Part shown: piece after piece, positions 53,520 through 59,491 of the stretch
Position numbering within the stretch: the first letter of the stretch is position 1
Layout of the letters: every line of letters starts with the position of its first letter
Source of the DNA: Tubiluchus corallicola
Lineage: Eukaryota; Animalia; Priapulida
DNA length: 59,491 nt
Assembly (NCBI GenBank): GCA_030141605.1
Contig: JAQGDQ010002413.1
Span: forward strand, 1-59,491
Reading direction: 5' to 3'
Made by a program: the position numbers and the translations under genes
Notes under the pieces: generated by a model
The model's database searches: none
What the model was told of the DNA's origin: nothing
Seen by the model: only the letters and a program-made list of their open reading frames with translations

Positions 53520-54995
53520 CTATTGAGCAACCTTAGAAACCTTTAATACCCAGGCATAGTTACATGGAGGATTATTTTGTAGCTCATGTGGTATAGACAC
53601 AACAAAACTATCTCCCTTCCTATTCCATTTAAGTTTTTTACTACTACCAAGCATTTTTATCTTTGCACCCCTCGCAGGCTTTAATGACTGAATACTAATT
53701 TCAGTTGGCATCCTCTCCCCCTCTTCAGCCATATAAATAAAATAAACGCTACCATCTGGTCTTTGGGTCATGCAAATATTATTCTCCTTAAATGGATAAA
53801 TCGGCTGAGTATTGTAAATGGCTTCACTATTTACTGCCATCCATTCTCCATACTCTTCAAGCAGCTTATAAGCTCCTTCCTGCCATTTACCTTCCGGACT
53901 CGGTGCAACATTCAACAGAAGGTTACCCCCTTTAGCAACAATATCCACCAGAGTGTGAACACCCTGCCTGCCACTCATATATTTAGCATTGGGGTTAAAA
54001 GACCAGCCACCACCTGAAATAATGCATGACTCCCACGGATAAGGAAGCGTCTTCTCAGGAACTCTGTTTTCGGGTGTAAGGTAATTCTGATTCTTACCAT
54101 ATACCGCGCGGTCAACTACTATAAGGCCAGGCTGCTTTACCCTGATCTTTTCCACCAGCTCATCCATACGAATATCCTGGTTTACTCTCCGCCTCTTTAT
54201 AAAACCACTCTTACTTTCTTTAGCCTCTTCATAATGCCTATGAAGCCTCTCTTCTGGCACCTTTGCTACCCATCCACCATCCAACCACAAAATATCCATA
54301 TCCCCATAATCGGTCATTAACTCATCTATCTGATTATGCGTAAACTGAACAAACGCTTCCCACTTATCAGGATACTCATCAGGATCATAGTTCACATTTC
54401 TGTCCAGAGGGGGGAAGTATGGATCCCAATACGATGGATGATTCCAGTCCGGCTTGGAAAAATAGACCCCTGTCCATAGCCCCTCCGCCCTGAAAGCATC
54501 AAACACCTCTTTTGCTATATTGGCTTTTTCATTCTTATGAAAGGGGCAGTCGTTCGATGTCACTTTATAATCAGTGTACTTGCTGTCAAACATACAAAAC
54601 CCATCATGATGCTTGGTTGTAAAAACAACATACTTCATACCTGCATTCTTAGCAGCATCAGCCCACTTATTAGGATCAAAATGAACCGGATTAAAAGTTT
54701 TTCGTAAATCCTCATACTCCCTCTTATACGCAAAATAGTTGTCGGGATTTTCCCCTTTTCTTCGCTTGCACCAACCATAATCCTCAGGACACAACGACCA
54801 GGACTCCACAATGCCCCATTGGCTATATGTTCCCCAATGCATTAAAAGTCCAAACTTAATATCTTGCCAATCTTTCAGTTTTTCAACCACCAGAGGGTCA
54901 GTCTCCGGCACATAACGCTCATCCTCGTATATGGCCTGAGAAAAAATATTTACCGTGTAAAAACCTAGTAATAATAATAAAGCTGTCTTTTTCAT
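53520..54995 (-). CDS. Alpha-L-fucosidase GH29
   Basis: KFGLLMHWG.YS, TTKHHDGFCMF, YFSKPDW, LWLDGG, GGNLLLNV. Confidence 0.92.
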   Translation of the reverse strand: MKKTALLLLLGFYTVNIFSQAIYEDERYVPETDPLVVEKLKDWQDIKFGLLMHWGTYSQWGIVESWSLCPEDYGWCKRRKGENPDNYFAYKREYEDLRKTFNPVHFDPNKWADAAKNAGMKYVVFTTKHHDGFCMFDSKYTDYKVTSNDCPFHKNEKANIAKEVFDAFRAEGLWTGVYFSKPDWNHPSYWDPYFPPLDRNVNYDPDEYPDKWEAFVQFTHNQIDELMTDYGDMDILWLDGGWVAKVPEERLHRHYEEAKESKSGFIKRRRVNQDIRMDELVEKIRVKQPGLIVVDRAVYGKNQNYLTPENRVPEKTLPYPWESCIISGGGWSFNPNAKYMSGRQGVHTLVDIVAKGGNLLLNVAPSPEGKWQEGAYKLLEEYGEWMAVNSEAIYNTQPIYPFKENNICMTQRPDGSVYFIYMAEEGERMPTEISIQSLKPARGAKIKMLGSSKKLKWNRKGDSFVVSIPHELQNNPPCNYAWVLKVSKVAQ

Positions 54996-55110
54996 TAATT
55001 TAAATATTGTTATAAATAATAAATACCTAGTCGCCTGCTATCAATTTGCTGACAACCTTCCTCGACCATAAAAATAGCTATTTAAAACTTGAACACAATT
55101 AATACAGCTT

Positions 55111-55240
55111 GAAGTCTTTGCAAAACTCATCCTTTTAATTAACATTCCTATCAAAATTTTCATTTTTACCTGCAAACAAACATTTATTATCAAGCTTTTC
55201 ACCAGCCTGAATCAATATTTTGCACCCTGCAAAAAACCAC
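55111..55240 (-). repeat. Degenerate MITE-like repeat
   Basis: GAAGTCTTTGCAAAACTCATCCTTTTAATTAACATT... parallels 39160 onward. Confidence 0.6.
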
Positions 55241-55565
55241 CCCTTTGAACAGCCTGTTTCCCTTTTTATTAAAAGTATACTCAGGCACTCTAGCAGCTTT
55301 CTCTCTATTTTGGAAAACTCTCATTTTAGAATTATATTTGTGATATGCTGTACAGTGGTAAATGCAGCTTCAACTTCAGAAGGCGCGGACTTCCTAATGC
55401 TTAAACAACTAATAGTGAGGACGCCCGCAACAATTTAAATAGGGGAAATAAAAATATAATTACTCACAAAAGCTCTGCTACCAATTTGTACTTCTGAAGC
55501 TAACCGCTTTTGGACACACACAAATAAATGATTACTTTGACAATAGAAAATTAAATTATAAACAG

Positions 55566-56480
55566 ATGAAAAGGAGAAACTTTATTAGAACAAGTGTAGG
55601 AGCAGGAGTGGCAACAAGTACAGCCCTAACATTTGGAGGAGCGAAAAATATCTTTGCTAAAAGCGCTGATAGCAACTACGACCTAGTGGCTGTTCGCGGT
55701 GGTGAGCCGGATGTGATGTTTGATAAAGGAATCGCTTCGCTTGGGGGCATGGAGAAATTTGTAAAAAAAGGAGATAAAGTACTACTTAAGCCCAATATTG
55801 GATGGGACAGAATCCCTGAAAGGGGAGGCAATACTCACCCTTTACTGGTAAAAAGGGTTACAGAGCACTGCTTTCAGGCTGGAGCCAAAGAGGTACTTGT
55901 TTTTGACCACACATGCCATGAGTGGACGAAGTGCTATAAAAACTCCGGGATTGAAAGCGCTGTTAAAAAAGCAGGAGGGAAGATTGTGCCAGGCAATGAT
56001 GAGAAGATGTATCGAAAAGTTGAAATAAAGAGTGGTAAGCGGCTCAAAGAGATCTCTGTCCATGAATTGGTACTTGATAGTGATGTATTTATCAATATTC
56101 CCATACTAAAACACCATAGCTCTACTAAATTAACTATAGCTATGAAAAACCTTATGGGATGTGTATGGGATCGTGGCTTCTACCATAAAAATGACTTACA
56201 CCAGTGTATCACAGACTTTCTTAATCTGCGAAAACCTGACCTGAATATCATTGATGCCTATTATGTTATGACTCAAAATGGACCAATGGGCGTATCGCTT
56301 GATGATATTGTAAACATGAAAACACAGGTAATATCTGCAGATATCGTTGCAGCAGATGCTGCTGCTGCGAAGTTTTTCGGTATGGAACCGGAAGAGGTGG
56401 GGCACATTAAAAGTGGTAATGACGAAGGCTTTGGAACCATGGATATGAATAAGTTGAAAATCAATCGGATTAATATATAG
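55566..56480 (+). CDS. Tat-exported DUF362-domain protein
   Basis: KRRNFI Tat motif, GGM..FVK.GD.V.LKPNIGW, P.LKHH....T..MKNLMG. Confidence 0.88.
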   Translation: MKRRNFIRTSVGAGVATSTALTFGGAKNIFAKSADSNYDLVAVRGGEPDVMFDKGIASLGGMEKFVKKGDKVLLKPNIGWDRIPERGGNTHPLLVKRVTEHCFQAGAKEVLVFDHTCHEWTKCYKNSGIESAVKKAGGKIVPGNDEKMYRKVEIKSGKRLKEISVHELVLDSDVFINIPILKHHSSTKLTIAMKNLMGCVWDRGFYHKNDLHQCITDFLNLRKPDLNIIDAYYVMTQNGPMGVSLDDIVNMKTQVISADIVAADAAAAKFFGMEPEEVGHIKSGNDEGFGTMDMNKLKINRINI

Positions 56481-56492
56481 ATTGCGTTCAAC

Positions 56493-58106
56493 ATGAAGCC
56501 ATCGCTACTTAAAAAACTCAGGGTTATCTTAGCCCTGTTGTTTTTTGCACCCATTACATTTTTATTTATTGACTTAAGGGGTATACTGGACAAGCAGTTC
56601 TATGAATGGGCCGTTTATCTGCAATTTGTGCCTTCTATTTTGAAAAGCATTTCTGTTTTAGGTATACTGCACCTAGGTTTCATAGTAATACTGGTTTTGA
56701 CTCTGCTGCTTGGGAGGGTGTACTGTTCAACCATATGCCCCCTGGGAATATTACAGGATATTATATCCCAAATAGCAAAAAGAGTAAAAAAGGTACGCTA
56801 TAAATATCGAAAGACGTGGACAGCAACACGCTATTCCATTTTGGGCATAACAGTGTTAGCAGCGGTAATGGGAGGAATTACTTTCCTTTCTCTTCTTGAT
56901 CCGTATAGCCTGTTTGGCCGAACTGTATCATACCTGTTCAAACCTGTAGTTATCTGGCTAAACAATATTGGAGCAGAAGCTTTTATCTCAGCTGGAGTAT
57001 ACTCTGTTTTATATCGCTATGACTTGCAGCTAATCCATTGGGGAATAATGGCAATAACCCTTTTATCACTTACGGCAGTAGCACTCATGTCTTTCACTCG
57101 CGGAAGACTGTACTGCAATATGATATGTCCAGTAGGCACAGCTCTGGGGTTTTTATCCAAATTCTCTATACTAAAAATTGAATTAGATAAAGAGTTGTGT
57201 ACCCGATGTGGTAACTGTATGCGTGCTTGCAAATCAGAGTGCATTAACCTAAAACACAAAAAGGTGGACTATAGTCGTTGCGTTTTATGCTTCAACTGTA
57301 TTTCTGCATGCAAAGAGGGTGGAGCGCTGTATAGGATGAAGCAAAAACGCACAAGTGCAGAACTAAGTACAACAGATCTGAAAGTGGATACTACCGATTT
57401 AAAGAAAAGGAGCTTTATTGCTTTCTTGATATTAGGGATAGTCTCCCTTTGTGGAGGGGAAAAAGCGCTGGCACAGCATAGGAAAAGAGGTAAAGGTGGG
57501 AAGCACAACCACAGCTCCGCAAATAACCAAATGCTTCCTGAGAATAAGAATCACCCTGTATCTCCACCCGGCTCAGGAGGAATAGAGCGATTTAATAATA
57601 TTTGTACAGCATGCTCGCTGTGCGTCAGTGCATGTCCTACAAAGGTACTGAAGCCTGCTTTTAGTGAATACGGACTAATTGGGTTTATGCAGCCTCACAT
57701 GGATTTTGTCTCAGGACTGTGTAGCTTTGACTGCACTGTATGTGGTGACGTGTGCCCAACAGGGGCAATAAAGCCGCTGACAATGGAACAAAAACATATT
57801 ACGCAAGTAGGACAGGCTAAATTTGTAAAAGACAACTGTATCGTTGAAACTGACGGCACTGACTGTGGAGCGTGCTCTGAACACTGTCCAACAAAAGCTG
57901 TTGCAATGGTTCCTTATGGCGATCTATTTATTCCGGAAGTTACGACTGAAACTTGTGTTGGTTGCGGTGCCTGTGAACACGCATGCCCTCTGGATGCAGG
58001 CATAAAAGCGATATATGTTGACGGCAACTACGTGCATGCTGATGCTCAAAAGCCAAAAACAGAGAAAGCAAAAATAGATCTGGAAGACGACGAGTTCCCA
58101 TTTTGA
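56493..58106 (+). CDS. Membrane polyferredoxin (NapH/NapG-like 4Fe-4S binding protein)
   Basis: GRVYCSTICPLG, GRLYCN.ICPVG, multiple CxxCxxCxxxCP motifs. Confidence 0.9.
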   Translation: MKPSLLKKLRVILALLFFAPITFLFIDLRGILDKQFYEWAVYLQFVPSILKSISVLGILHLGFIVILVLTLLLGRVYCSTICPLGILQDIISQIAKRVKKVRYKYRKTWTATRYSILGITVLAAVMGGITFLSLLDPYSLFGRTVSYLFKPVVIWLNNIGAEAFISAGVYSVLYRYDLQLIHWGIMAITLLSLTAVALMSFTRGRLYCNMICPVGTALGFLSKFSILKIELDKELCTRCGNCMRACKSECINLKHKKVDYSRCVLCFNCISACKEGGALYRMKQKRTSAELSTTDLKVDTTDLKKRSFIAFLILGIVSLCGGEKALAQHRKRGKGGKHNHSSANNQMLPENKNHPVSPPGSGGIERFNNICTACSLCVSACPTKVLKPAFSEYGLIGFMQPHMDFVSGLCSFDCTVCGDVCPTGAIKPLTMEQKHITQVGQAKFVKDNCIVETDGTDCGACSEHCPTKAVAMVPYGDLFIPEVTTETCVGCGACEHACPLDAGIKAIYVDGNYVHADAQKPKTEKAKIDLEDDEFPF

Positions 58107-58179
58107 CCTATTACTTAAGCACCCTGCTGCTATTTCCTAGAATTTTTTTTCAGCCTGAGTCATACCCTTTCTCCTCATC

Positions 58180-58340
58180 AAAAGCACTTACACGCTTGAC
58201 CTTGGGGCTCTTTTGCACTAAGACAAAATGAACGTAAAAAACACTTACAAACTTGATTTTTTTGGCTCTTTTACATCAAAACAAAATAGCATAAAGAAAA
58301 CCTTTACCAGCTTGACCTTTGCCTCTTCTGTTCCAAGAAT
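58180..58340. repeat. Degenerate ~58-bp tandem repeat (about 2.5 units)
   Basis: TTAC...CTTGA......CTCTT recurs with CTTGA at 58195, 58252 and 58311. Confidence 0.45.
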
Positions 58341-58519
58341 GCACTACTTCAAAAACAACTGTATAATCGTCAATATGAATCGTACACTTTTTTAAGTCTC
58401 CAGAGGACTTTATTGTATATCAGATCAAAATATACAAATAGTAAATTTTTATCTCAACAAAAATTGACCCTTAAAGGATGACCACTTCCTGCTCCCTCAG
58501 ATAGGTTAACTGCTACAAT

Positions 58520-58835
58520 CATTGCCAGACCTGAGGCAATATTTTCCTATTAAACTCCTTAAAATCAGATAGCAAGAATATAATAGCCATAATAAGCGGT
58601 CACGATTGTGAAGACCTCGAAAGATGGATGAAATTATGGAGGATAACAAAGTGGTGGAAGTAAAAACTGCCGGCATAAACAAAGGGATTTCTGTACTGAA
58701 TTTCCGCCAAAACAAAAACATGACTTTATTATGACCCTGAGTGATGACTGAGCAGATGAATACCTGATTCTCGAACTTCCTGGAAGTGCAATTACTACTA
58801 AAAAAACCGGCATTAAACACACTAGTGCTTATTAC
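58520..58835 (+). pseudogene. Eroded relic of a trehalose-6-phosphate phosphatase domain (bifunctional OtsA/OtsB-type)
   Basis: Manual translation across frames: SDSKNIIAIISGHDCEDLERW / EIMEDNKVVEVKTAGINKG / HDFIMTLSDD*ADEYL..ELP.SAIT. Confidence 0.72.
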
Positions 58836-58904
58836 AGCCTTAAACTGGTAGATACAGCAAAGAAATTAAAAGATGGCAGGGTTGTACCTGTATGGCACGT
58901 ACCA

Positions 58905-59491
58905 TCAACGAAAGATTAGCTTTATCAACTTCTCTATCCTTTCAATTTGGGTTACCTTAATATTAAACCTTGAAAAATTATTGCCATTTTTGTATTTTGA
59001 AGTATATATCTCTTCGAAACCCAGCTTTTCAGCTTCCATGATTCGTTGATCTATCCTGCTTACAGGGCGAATCTCACCAGTTAACCCCACCTCACCGGCA
59101 AAACATATTTGCTTGTTAATAGCAACATCAAAATTAGATGAAAGAATAGCAGCAATAACAGACAAATCCATTGCTGGATCATCAACTCTCAAGCCACCCG
59201 CAATATTCAGAAACACATCTTTTGTCATCAGCCTAAAACCTGCCCTTTTTTCCAAAACAGCCAATAACATATTCATCCTACGCAGATCGAATCCGGTAGC
59301 CGAACGTTGGGGAGTTCCATAAACGGCAGAACTTACAAGCCCCTGGGTCTCAACCATGAACACTCTCATTCCCTCTACAGAGGAAGCGATAGACGTGCCA
59401 CTCAGCCCCTTATTATTATGAGAAAGTAGTATCTCCGACGGATTTGGCACCTCTCGCAGCCCATCCTGACACATTTCAAAAACACCCAACT
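58905..59491 (-). CDS. radA: DNA repair protein RadA/Sms, C-terminal part (runs off the window)
   Basis: G.FEM...GL.EV.NPS, EG.R...VE.Q.LV, AVLEKR.G, DVFLNIAGG, GEVGL.GEIR.V. Confidence 0.95.
   Translation of the reverse strand, partial: LGVFEMCQDGLREVPNPSEILLSHNNKGLSGTSIASSVEGMRVFMVETQGLVSSAVYGTPQRSATGFDLRRMNMLLAVLEKRAGFRLMTKDVFLNIAGGLRVDDPAMDLSVIAAILSSNFDVAINKQICFAGEVGLTGEIRPVSRIDQRIMEAEKLGFEEIYTSKYKNGNNFSRFNIKVTQIERIEKLIKLIFR

Noticed and set aside
58506-58822. Minus-strand ORFs of 104 and 62 aa
   Set aside because: They are antisense to the trehalose-phosphatase relic and show no recognisable motifs.
1-59491. tRNA/rRNA genes, CRISPR-Cas, reverse transcriptase/DGR, known anti-phage systems, RNA-guided transposon proteins (TnpB/IscB/IS110)
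   Set aside because: No supporting motifs recognised in the ORFs or intergenic DNA by eye.

Overview
Bacteroidota (Bacteroidales/Marinilabiliales-like) chromosome segment with heavy IS activity and gene decay; the taxon is inferred from gene content and TAnnTTTG promoter motifs. The left third (1-18.7 kb) is accessory: an IS1634 inserted into an IS256, an IS21-type end relic, a partly degraded legionaminic-acid (nonulosonic acid) biosynthesis operon, a nested stack of four broken IS elements, and the remnant of a tyrosine-integrase element at the 3' end of mnmE. The rest is mostly housekeeping and glycan-use genes: fabG, SpoIIE phosphatase, SLC13 permease, a cobalamin-riboswitch-controlled B12 uptake operon, three GH29 fucosidases, a sulfatase, DUF362/polyferredoxin and radA. 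The strongest signal is one ~1647-bp IS1634-family element present in three copies. Each copy is flanked by a direct repeat of the target, of very different length: ~55 bp, 113 bp and ~1.55 kb. The longest repeat duplicates an entire outer-membrane protein gene with its upstream region, and that extra copy has since gained only in-frame, amino-acid-changing differences. Also found without ORF support: a dispersed, degenerate IS5-type MITE-like repeat family and an eroded trehalose-phosphatase pseudogene. All alignments were read by eye and no database searches were run.
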